Assembly (NCBI GenBank): GCA_043753995.1
Contig: JAYUVP010000318.1
Coordinates: forward strand, 1 to 10,327
DNA length: 10,327 bases
Direction: 5' to 3'
From: Fibrobacterota bacterium
GTDB lineage: Bacteria > Fibrobacterota > Fibrobacteria > UBA11236
Both the position numbers and the translations under genes were made by a program. Shown here piece after piece: positions 1-6,990 of the stretch (the first letter of the stretch is position 1; each line of letters begins with the position of its first letter). The notes beneath the pieces were generated by a model. It saw nothing but the letters and a program-made list of their open reading frames with translations. It was not told where the DNA came from and ran no database searches.

Positions 1-699
1 TCCAAAGCAAAACAATGGAGCGTGCGCAATCTCACGCCTGGTATGAGCGAGGCGGAACGCAAACAACTCATTGCCATGATTGCCGCCGAAGAAGAAGCCA
101 AGGCTGCAAGTAAAGGCACCACAACCAAAAACACGGCGGAAACTCCAGAAGAGAGTAAAACCGTGGCAAATTATACTTCGGAAGGGCGATCTACCCACCG
201 ACGAAATTCCAGCTCAACCACGACAATCACAACACCCGAAACGACTCCGACGCCGACACCCACCGGCACCGAAGAAACGGAAGAGGAAAGCGGAGGTGGA
301 TCCGATTCTGGCAGCGGCTCAAGCGGTGTCGAAGAAGGCAGCAGCGATGGCGGCTCGGACTCTGGCAGCAGCTCAGGCGGCACATCGGATTCGGAAAGCG
401 GCAGCGGTGGCTCCAGCGATTCCGGAAGCTCGGGTGAATCGGACTCTGGCTCGGGTAGTAGCTCCGAGGGATCCGATTCTGGCAGCAGCTCCAGCGGCAC
501 ATCGGATTCCGGAAGCGGTAGCGGTGGTTCCAGCGATTCCGGAAGCTCGGGTGAATCGGACTCTGGCTCGGGTAGTAGTTCAGGCGATTCCGATTCTGGC
601 TCATCTTCGGGTGGCTCGGGCGGTTCCGATTCGGGAAGCGGCTCCAGCGGTTCGGAGGGGTCCGGAAGTGGCAGCGGTGACGACGACCCGCCGACCTAG
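1..699 (+). CDS. 3' part of a protein (5'-truncated by the window) with a Thr/Pro linker and a long Ser/Gly/Asp/Glu low-complexity tail
   Basis: Frame 1 is open from base 1 (SKAKQWSVRNLTPG...) to TAG at 697-699. It encodes a short charged helix, then TTTITTPETTPTPTPTG, then about 130 aa of G/S/D/E repeats. Differences between repeat copies are largely third-position in this frame, supporting it as the coding frame. Confidence 0.75.
   Translation, partial: SKAKQWSVRNLTPGMSEAERKQLIAMIAAEEEAKAASKGTTTKNTAETPEESKTVANYTSEGRSTHRRNSSSTTTITTPETTPTPTPTGTEETEEESGGGSDSGSGSSGVEEGSSDGGSDSGSSSGGTSDSESGSGGSSDSGSSGESDSGSGSSSEGSDSGSSSSGTSDSGSGSGGSSDSGSSGESDSGSGSSSGDSDSGSSSGGSGGSDSGSGSSGSEGSGSGSGDDDPPT
364..597 (+). 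repeat. Imperfect in-frame tandem duplication, 2 x 117 bp (39 aa)
   Basis: 364-480 encodes GSSSGGTSDSESGSGGSSDSGSSGESDSGSGSSSEGSDS and 481-597 encodes GSSSSGTSDSGSGSGGSSDSGSSGESDSGSGSSSGDSDS. The core tccagcgattccggaagctcgggtgaatcggactctggctcgggtagtag is identical in both copies. Confidence 0.9.
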
Positions 700-713
700 G
701 GCCTGGCTGAATT

Positions 714-734
714 AAAAAGGCGGCAAGGCCGCCT
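714..734. terminator. GC-rich hairpin, candidate intrinsic terminator
   Basis: AGGCGGC-aag-GCCGCCT (718-734) lies 18 nt after the stop codon. The A-tract at 714-718 gives a U-tract only on the - strand, so + strand termination is uncertain. Confidence 0.45.
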
Positions 735-859
735 GGGTAGGCCAAGACCGTGGGTAGCTTTGACGCTACCAGTGGAAAAATGTTCGACGCTTTTTTAACC
801 GGCTAGCGGTCATAAACGGGACAACTTTTAAATACAAGCATGCTATTGCCTGTCATTTC

Positions 860-868
860 TGTTAAAAT
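860..868 (+). promoter_or_regulatory. Candidate extended -10 promoter element (TGnTAAAAT)
   Basis: TG-t-TAAAAT at 860-868 in an AT-rich intergenic stretch, ending 6 nt before the GTG at 875. Confidence 0.45.
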
Positions 869-874
869 TATGTC

Positions 875-1255
875 GTGGTCTTTATCGAACCTTTGGCGCC
901 AGTCAATACCTATACCCGAGGTAAATTCGTGATGCTCGATCACGATGGTGATTTGCATGTGATTTTAGGACCGGTCAATTTGTTTCCCTATCACGCCAAC
1001 TTGGTTTATGAATATCTCGAAAGCCAGGGCCGTGCCCGCGCTGAGATGACGGACGGTGCGCATTGTCGCGTTCTCACTCCCAATTGGCGAATACTCGGCG
1101 GTGGGCAATATCGGATGGATGACTTAACCCATACCTTGCTCTTCGACGAGAAGTCCACGGCCTATGGCAAATTCCCTGGGGAACGCCTGGTCGACGCCGA
1201 CCAAGCCCTGACAGAATCCCTGGGGCTTAACGGTTGGGCGGTGGAAGTCGCCTGA
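875..1255 (+). CDS. Putative PHPT1/Janus/Ocnus-like phosphohistidine phosphatase family protein (126 aa)
   Basis: Motifs GKFVML, YHA (H40), LGGG (74-77) and STAYG (94-98) occur in the same order as human PHPT1 FKYVLI, YHA (catalytic H53), LGGGR and SMAYG (PHPT1 sequence recalled from memory). The 16-residue spacing between GGG and SxAYG is identical, and the length is nearly identical. Confidence 0.65.
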   Translation: MVFIEPLAPVNTYTRGKFVMLDHDGDLHVILGPVNLFPYHANLVYEYLESQGRARAEMTDGAHCRVLTPNWRILGGGQYRMDDLTHTLLFDEKSTAYGKFPGERLVDADQALTESLGLNGWAVEVA

Positions 1256-1308
1256 AGGCACTTCACCTCCCGCGCCCCGAACCCTCCACCCCCTTCCTTT
1301 TCGAAACC

Positions 1309-1890
1309 ATGACGACAAGCTATCCCGAGTTGCGCGGAGCCCGCGTGCATTTGCTTCCGCTACGCCGTGAACATGCCTCTGAGCTTTATCAGGTCGGTCG
1401 CGATCCCGCGATTTGGACCTATATGCCGCAGCGCATGCAAAGCGAGGAAGATTTTCAAATCTGGATCGAACAAAGCCTAGCCCGGCGAGATAGCCTTGGC
1501 GATCGTCCCTATGCTTTAGCCCTGGCCGACACCGGAGCCTTGATCGGCTCGACGCGCTTTTACGATCTCAGCCTTGCCCATCGCCACACCGAAATTGGCT
1601 GGACATGGATTGCGCGGCCTTGGCAACGCAGCTTCGTCAATACTGAAGCGAAGCTCCTATTGCTGCGTGAGGCCTTCGAAACCTTGGGCCTGCAGCGCGT
1701 CGCTTTGCGCACGGATGGGCGCAATTTGCAATCGCAAGCCGCCATCGAAAGGCTTGGCGCCAAGCGCGAAGGTATTTGGCGCAAGCATTTGATCTTGCCC
1801 GACGGATTCACCCGCGACACCGTTTATTACTCCATTCTCGACAGCGAATGGCCCGAGGTAAAGGCGAATCTGTCGAAACGACTATCCTAG
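1309..1890 (+). CDS. GNAT family N-acetyltransferase, RimJ/RimL-like (Acetyltransf_3)
   Basis: Typical motifs LRGARVHLLPL, LIGSTRF, EIGWTWIARPWQRSFVNTEAKLLLLREAFE, RVALRTDGRNLQSQAAIERLGAKREG and RDTVYYSILDSEWP. The ATG at 1309 is preferred over 1234, whose extension overlaps the upstream gene and is Pro-rich junk. Confidence 0.92.
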   Translation: MTTSYPELRGARVHLLPLRREHASELYQVGRDPAIWTYMPQRMQSEEDFQIWIEQSLARRDSLGDRPYALALADTGALIGSTRFYDLSLAHRHTEIGWTWIARPWQRSFVNTEAKLLLLREAFETLGLQRVALRTDGRNLQSQAAIERLGAKREGIWRKHLILPDGFTRDTVYYSILDSEWPEVKANLSKRLS

Positions 1891-1920
1891 GGTTCCGATG
1901 ATTTAACCCTGGCAAGTTAC

Positions 1921-1945
1921 CTTTGGGCCAACCCAAAGCAAGAGG
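1921..1945 (+). promoter_or_regulatory. 5' leader hairpin and Shine-Dalgarno of the PspA-family gene
   Basis: CTTTGGG-ccaa-CCCAAAG perfect 7-bp stem (1921-1938), then AGAGG (1941-1945) 5 nt before ATG 1951. Confidence 0.5.
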
Positions 1946-1950
1946 CAAGT

Positions 1951-2709
1951 ATGCTAGGTCGAATTGGAACTCTCCTGAAAGGGTTTCTCAGCCTTTTCAT
2001 TTCAGGAATTGAGAAATCGAATCCCCGGGCACTTATTGAAGCGGAAAAGGAGAATTTGCGCAATCAAATCGCCCGCTTTAATGACAATCTCGCCACCCAT
2101 GCTGGATTTGTGGAGCGCTTGCTTCGCCAAGTCAAGACCTTAGAAACCCGCGAGAAGGAAATTACCGCGCGAGTGGCGGCCAATTTAAAAGTCGGCAACC
2201 GTGCCTTAGCTGGCCAACTTGTAATGGAATTGCAATCCATCAAGGCCCAATTGGAAGAGAACCGGGGTCAAATGGTGGCCGCCGAAGAGACTTATAAGAA
2301 ATTGGTGAAGACTCGGGATGTGAGCATTAAAGAAGCGCATTCCAAGATTGAATCCCTGAAGCGTCTCTTGACTGAAACCGAAATGATGGAAGCCCAGGCC
2401 GAATTGCAGGAAATGGCCAAGGGCATGATTACCCAAATCGGCGGTTCGGGCGACACCATCAATCGGGTGGAGGAATATCTCACCGAAAGACGGGATAAAG
2501 CGGCGGGCCGTTCTCGCGTCGCGGGCTCAACACTCGACACCAGCAATATCGAATTGAAAGAAGCGGAACAGTCGGCCTTGGCCGAGCAGGCGCTCGCCGA
2601 TTTTGAAATGGCCTATGGCTTTAAGACCGCGGAATCAAGCGCGGCACCTACCGAATCCAATTCAGCCACCGCTCCCAATCGCGAGCTCGGCCCTCAACAG
2701 TCTAATTAA
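1951..2709 (+). CDS. pspA: PspA/IM30 (Vipp1, ESCRT-III superfamily) protein
   Basis: N-terminal amphipathic helix (MLGRIGTLLKGFLSLFISGI), then EKSNPRALIE matching the PspA E-(D/N)-P motif. A long helical hairpin follows with the LKVGNRALA turn (cf. PspA 'l..G.edLAr'), then a late helix EQALADFE and a flexible tail. At 252 aa it is a family member, not necessarily a true pspA orthologue. Confidence 0.88.
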   Translation: MLGRIGTLLKGFLSLFISGIEKSNPRALIEAEKENLRNQIARFNDNLATHAGFVERLLRQVKTLETREKEITARVAANLKVGNRALAGQLVMELQSIKAQLEENRGQMVAAEETYKKLVKTRDVSIKEAHSKIESLKRLLTETEMMEAQAELQEMAKGMITQIGGSGDTINRVEEYLTERRDKAAGRSRVAGSTLDTSNIELKEAEQSALAEQALADFEMAYGFKTAESSAAPTESNSATAPNRELGPQQSN

Positions 2710-2732
2710 TCAACCCTGGAGCAAGAATCACC

Positions 2733-4457
2733 ATGAGTGAACCCAAAGTCGGAGCCACTGGTTTAGGCAAGTTCGTCATTTTCCTTTTTATCGCCGGTTG
2801 CATCGCCGCTGGCCTTTATTTATACCGCGGAACCTTGTTCCCTGGCGCCGGCACCAAAACCGCCGTGGACTTGGATAAGTTCAACCAGGAAAACCAAGTC
2901 GAGGCAGCAGATTCCAAGGGCATCACCACGGTGGCCGAATACAAATATGTGCCTGGTGACAAATTGCCCGCCGTGAAGGGCACCTCGGGATACAAGTGGG
3001 ACGCGAAAGAAAAAATCGTCCAATTCCCTATCAATGTTTGGATAGGATGGCTGCCCATTGTTGCGGCCAATGGCGGCTTTGCGCCTAATGAAAACAGCGT
3101 ATTTTTCAAAAAATATGGCTTCAAAGTGAATTTGAAACTCATCGACGATCCCGTGACGGCACGCGATGTTTATGCCTCCGGTGAAAGTTCGATTTTGTGG
3201 GGCACAGTCGATATGATGGCCCTGTTCGCGCCCGAGCTCATGAGAGATTCTCGTACCGCCCCGCGCATTTTCCAGCAAATCGATTGGTCCAGCGGTGGTG
3301 ATGGCATTGTGGTGCGCAGCAGCATTGCCTCCGTCAAAGATTTAAGAGGCAAGACCATAGTCTATGCCCAGAACAGCCCTTCGCAATATTTCATCAATAG
3401 CTTATTACTCAATGCCGGCATACAGCCCGGTGAAGTGAAACACAAATTCACGGCAACCGCCTTTGAAGCCGCCGCCGCCTTCGTCTCCGATAAAACAATT
3501 GATGCCTGCGTCTCCTGGGCGCCGGATATCTATAACATTCCAGAAAAAGTGAAAAATACCCGAATTCTCACTACCACCGCCGAAGCCAATAAGATGATTG
3601 CCGATGTCTGGGCCGTGCGTGCGGATTTCGCCAAAGACCATCCCGAAATCGTCGAAGGTTTGGTGGCCGGAATTTTTGATGGCATGCGCATACTCAAGGA
3701 CGAAACCGCCAAGGTTCAAGCCATGACTCATTTGGCCGAAGGCTTCGGCATGCCCCTCGAAGATGTCAAATCCATGGGCGCCGATGCCCATATCACCAAT
3801 TTTGCTGAAAACAAAGAGTTCTTCTTGAACGCCAATGGCGCCGCCAACTTTGAACGAACCTGGAAAAGCGTGACCTTCGTTTACAAGGAGTTGGGCTTAA
3901 TCAATACTCCCACGCGTTTTGATGAAGTCATGGATTTCTCCATCCTGAAAAAGCTGGATGCCTCGGGCAAGTTCGCAGACATGAAGGACGAGAATATTTC
4001 CTCATTCGCGCCGCCGTCCTATTCCAAGCTGAATGCCGAAAAGCCGATTCTCACCCAAACCATTCACATTAATTTTTTCCCCAACTCGTCCAATCTTTTT
4101 GAACCCCAGCATGATGAATCGGGCATGGTCCTGAAAAACAGCTTATACGATCCCAATGTCAATGCCACCATGGAAAGAGTGGCTCGTCTGGTGGGTCAAT
4201 TCGATCGCGCGGTCATTGTGATCCATGGTCACACCGATGCCTCGATGAAGGGCCGAATCACGCGGGATGCGGTTTATTCGCTTTCGAAAGAACGCGCCCA
4301 AAGCGTCAAGGACGCTCTAGTGAAGAAATACAAGTTCGACCCAGCCAAATTCGTTGTCGAAGGCAAGGCTTGGGATGAACCGGCCGACCCCACCCAGCCA
4401 GACAATTCCGCTTTGAATCGCCGAGTGGAAATAGCGGTTTATCCTCCCGAAGGATAA
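2733..4457 (+). CDS. Membrane-anchored ABC substrate-binding protein (NMT1/THI5/SsuA-like) fused to a C-terminal OmpA-like domain
   Basis: N-terminal hydrophobic segment FVIFLFIAGCIAAGLYLY. SBP motifs WIGWLP, IDWSSGGDGIVV, SVKDLRGKTI, IDACVSWAP and IADVWAVRADFAKDHPEIV. OmpA_C motifs INFFPNS, IHGHTD, LSKERAQSVKDALV and NRRVEI from about 4047. Confidence 0.9.
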   Translation: MSEPKVGATGLGKFVIFLFIAGCIAAGLYLYRGTLFPGAGTKTAVDLDKFNQENQVEAADSKGITTVAEYKYVPGDKLPAVKGTSGYKWDAKEKIVQFPINVWIGWLPIVAANGGFAPNENSVFFKKYGFKVNLKLIDDPVTARDVYASGESSILWGTVDMMALFAPELMRDSRTAPRIFQQIDWSSGGDGIVVRSSIASVKDLRGKTIVYAQNSPSQYFINSLLLNAGIQPGEVKHKFTATAFEAAAAFVSDKTIDACVSWAPDIYNIPEKVKNTRILTTTAEANKMIADVWAVRADFAKDHPEIVEGLVAGIFDGMRILKDETAKVQAMTHLAEGFGMPLEDVKSMGADAHITNFAENKEFFLNANGAANFERTWKSVTFVYKELGLINTPTRFDEVMDFSILKKLDASGKFADMKDENISSFAPPSYSKLNAEKPILTQTIHINFFPNSSNLFEPQHDESGMVLKNSLYDPNVNATMERVARLVGQFDRAVIVIHGHTDASMKGRITRDAVYSLSKERAQSVKDALVKKYKFDPAKFVVEGKAWDEPADPTQPDNSALNRRVEIAVYPPEG

Positions 4458-4460
4458 TCC

Positions 4461-5270
4461 ATGGCCTGGCTTCAATCCTTGTTCGCCATTCGGGGCAAGG
4501 TTCCACACCTGGAAAGGCTGGCCTTAGGCATAGTCCTTCCGGCCATGGTATTGGCCCTTTGGTTTATCCTCACCTTGGGCGCTCCCGAAGCGAGGATTTT
4601 AAGTCCCGTCATTTTGCCGTCGCCTTTTGAAATCCTGGGGCAAATCAAATCGCTCTGGTTTGAAGCTGAACTTTCCCGCAGTGCCGTGATGAGTTTTATT
4701 CGGGTGATGGAAGGCTTTTGGATTGGCTGGGCCATTGCTTTACCCGTTGGCATCAGCATGGGGACATTCGGAAGGGCCAAGGCTCTCTTCGAACCCTCCT
4801 CCATTTTCCTGTCCTATCTACCCATTCCGGCCTTGGTGCCTTTGACCATGAGCATGTTCGGAATCGGAGAATTGCAAAAGGTCGCCTTCTTGGCCTTGGC
4901 CTTCGCTATTTACCTGATTCCGCTTATCGCCAAAGCCGTGGAAGAAGTGGATACGGTTTTCTTGCAAACCGCTTATACCCTGGGAGCCAATCGATTTGCC
5001 ACCTTATATAAGGTCATTGTGCCGATTGCGGCGCCGGGAATCGTGCATGCCATGCGTTTGGGCTTCGGTGTGGGATGGACCTATATCATTCTCGCGGAAA
5101 TGGTCGCCGCCGAACGCGGGCTTGGCCAAATCATCATCATCGCCCAAAGGCGCGGACCACGTGAGCATATTTATTTGACCTTGATCGCCATTATTTTGAT
5201 TGCCTGGGTGACCGACAGGGCCTGGGCTTGGATTTATAAATCCCTATTCCCCTATAAGATTTCTCGATGA
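4461..5270 (+). CDS. ABC transporter permease, SsuC/TauC/NitT type
   Basis: Multiple TM segments; ILPSP motif; PIPALVPL..MFGIGE; EAA-loop equivalent FLQTAYTLGA; WTYIILAEMVAAERGLG. Confidence 0.93.
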   Translation: MAWLQSLFAIRGKVPHLERLALGIVLPAMVLALWFILTLGAPEARILSPVILPSPFEILGQIKSLWFEAELSRSAVMSFIRVMEGFWIGWAIALPVGISMGTFGRAKALFEPSSIFLSYLPIPALVPLTMSMFGIGELQKVAFLALAFAIYLIPLIAKAVEEVDTVFLQTAYTLGANRFATLYKVIVPIAAPGIVHAMRLGFGVGWTYIILAEMVAAERGLGQIIIIAQRRGPREHIYLTLIAIILIAWVTDRAWAWIYKSLFPYKISR

Positions 5271-6127
5271 GCGAAACGCCCTTACCTCCGGTTATCGAAT
5301 TTCGGAATGTCAGCAAGGTTTGGAATCCGGGCACGCCAAGAGCCTTTACGGCTTTATCCGACTTAAACATTCATGTTCCGGATATTCATGGACGCGGTGA
5401 AATCCGGGCCATTTTAGGACCCTCGGGCTGCGGTAAATCCACCGCCTTGAATATGCTGGCCGGCTTTCACGAATTCGGTGGGCCGACAACCGGGGAAATT
5501 TTGGTGCGCGGAAAACCCGTATCCGGCCCAGGCCTGGATCGCGGCATGGTCTTTCAGAAATACAGCAGCTTTCCGCATTTGACCGTGCTGAAAAACGTTT
5601 GCTTTGGTTTGGAATTGAACCGAGAAACCTTGGGAATAGATCAAGTCGAAATTGAAAAGCAAGCCCGGGACTGGATCGATCGCGTCGGCCTCGGTCCTCA
5701 CATCCAAAAACACCCGCATCAACTTTCGGGCGGCCAGCAACAACGCGTGGCCTTGGCTAGATCCATGGCGCTGAAGCCGCGGATTTTGCTGATGGACGAG
5801 CCGTTTTCAGCTCTGGACGAGCCCACACGTTTGGAAATGCAAAAGCTACTGGTCGAGTTGTGGGCGGAAGTCGAAGCCACCGTTTTCATGGTCACCCATT
5901 CCATCACCGAGGCGATTTACCTGGGCGACACGGTATGGATATTCAGCCAAGCTCCAGGGAAAATCGTCGCCGAATTTAAGGATTTGCCTTTGGCCATTCC
6001 GGGCGTCCATCCCCTGGAAGTACAGAGAACGAAAGGCTTTTTGGATCAAGTCGAGACCGTCTCCGAGGCCTTTCGAAAGGTGGAGATCGCGACGCGCACC
6101 AAGCCAGCGGAGCAAAAGCAAGCATGA
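5267..6127 (+). CDS. ABC transporter ATP-binding protein, SsuB/TauB/NitT type
   Basis: Walker A GPSGCGKST, Q-loop MVFQ, signature LSGGQQQR, Walker B/D-loop ILLMDEPFSALD and H-loop VTH. ATGA overlap with the permease stop. Confidence 0.95.
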   Translation: MSETPLPPVIEFRNVSKVWNPGTPRAFTALSDLNIHVPDIHGRGEIRAILGPSGCGKSTALNMLAGFHEFGGPTTGEILVRGKPVSGPGLDRGMVFQKYSSFPHLTVLKNVCFGLELNRETLGIDQVEIEKQARDWIDRVGLGPHIQKHPHQLSGGQQQRVALARSMALKPRILLMDEPFSALDEPTRLEMQKLLVELWAEVEATVFMVTHSITEAIYLGDTVWIFSQAPGKIVAEFKDLPLAIPGVHPLEVQRTKGFLDQVETVSEAFRKVEIATRTKPAEQKQA

Positions 6128-6990
6128 GCACTCCAGCGCTTTCTTATTGGGACTATATCAAGTCGGCTTTCTTTTTGCGGACGCCGGTTGCAGGACTAGG
6201 CCAACTTCCCGTGAACTTATTGGCCTTTGGCGGGCTTTGCTTGGTCGGGCTTGGCTTTCCGCCTTTGCTTTTTTTCGCCCTGGCCGCCGAAACAACTTAT
6301 TTGACGGTCCTAGCCGGTAATGAGCGCTTTCAAAACTTTATCCGCGGCAAAAACCTAAGCGCCGAGTCGGAAGCCTGGAATCAAAAACGCGAGCAAATGT
6401 TACAGTCCTTAAAAGAAAAATCGAGGCAACGGTATTTACATACCCTGAAGCAAAGCCATGCCATCTTATCGATGGATAGAGGTGCCGGTGACGAAGTGAT
6501 GCAGCGCCAGCTTTCAGGTTTGCTGTGGACGCATTTGCGCATGCTTGTCGCCCAGGAAAGGGTGAACTCCATCCGCGACACGGTCGCGCATGCCGACGTC
6601 AGCAATGAGGTGCTGGAGCTGGAAAAGCAAGTGAAGGAAGCCCAACCCGAAAGCCCGCTCTATCGTTCCTATGAAGCGTCCCTGACCCTGGCGCGCAAAC
6701 GCTTGGCGAATCTCGAAAGGGCCGAAGAAAGCGCCAAGGTTTTAGGGGCGGAACTCGATCGCATTGAGCGGCAAGTGAATTTATTGCGCGAGGAAAGCGC
6801 GGTCGGCCATAGCCCCAATGTCATGACCGATCAATTGGATATGGTTTCCCGCTCGCTGGAAGAAACCGGCAAATGGTTGAATGACAATGCTGATCTCCTG
6901 GGAGAAATCCAAATGCCCACTGAGGCCTCCTTGCCCGATCCCAATCAGGTTTTTAAAGGCAAGTCCGACTCCTCGAGGTTAAGCCAGTGA
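6124..6990 (+). CDS. Uncharacterised membrane protein: N-terminal TM hairpin plus long coiled-coil region
   Basis: Hydrophobic stretch VNLLAFGGLCLVGLGFPPLLFFALAAETTYLTVLA, then heptad-rich helices (LTLARKRLANLERAEESAKVLGAELDRIERQVNLLREE). ATGA overlap upstream and GTGA overlap downstream. Confidence 0.8.
   Translation: MSTPALSYWDYIKSAFFLRTPVAGLGQLPVNLLAFGGLCLVGLGFPPLLFFALAAETTYLTVLAGNERFQNFIRGKNLSAESEAWNQKREQMLQSLKEKSRQRYLHTLKQSHAILSMDRGAGDEVMQRQLSGLLWTHLRMLVAQERVNSIRDTVAHADVSNEVLELEKQVKEAQPESPLYRSYEASLTLARKRLANLERAEESAKVLGAELDRIERQVNLLREESAVGHSPNVMTDQLDMVSRSLEETGKWLNDNADLLGEIQMPTEASLPDPNQVFKGKSDSSRLSQ

Noticed and set aside
364..597. Repeats considered as a possible CRISPR array
   Set aside because: Contiguous in-frame coding duplications without unique spacers, and no cas genes in the window.
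80..745. Overlapping ORFs 80..715 (+), 171..500 (-) and 227..745 (-)
   Set aside because: Shadow frames of the GC-rich, stop-poor repeat region; variation between repeat copies fits frame 1 as coding.
1234..1308. 25-codon N-terminal extension of the GNAT ORF
   Set aside because: It overlaps the upstream gene and crosses the C-rich spacer; the GNAT domain starts right after ATG 1309.
1909..1926. Possible sigma-54 promoter (CTGGCA...TTG) upstream of the PspA gene, attractive because enterobacterial pspA is sigma-54 dependent
   Set aside because: The strict GG-N10-GC spacing fails: positions 1923-1924 are TT, not GC.
2790..2801. Lipobox-like IAGC in the SBP N-terminus
   Set aside because: The hydrophobic run continues for 8 residues past the Cys (IAAGLYLY), which fits an uncleaved TM anchor better. 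Not fully excluded; SignalP would decide.
2733..6127. Naming the ABC genes ssuABC or tauABC
   Set aside because: Family-level similarity only. No sulfur-metabolism genes are nearby, and the OmpA fusion and operon context argue against orthology.
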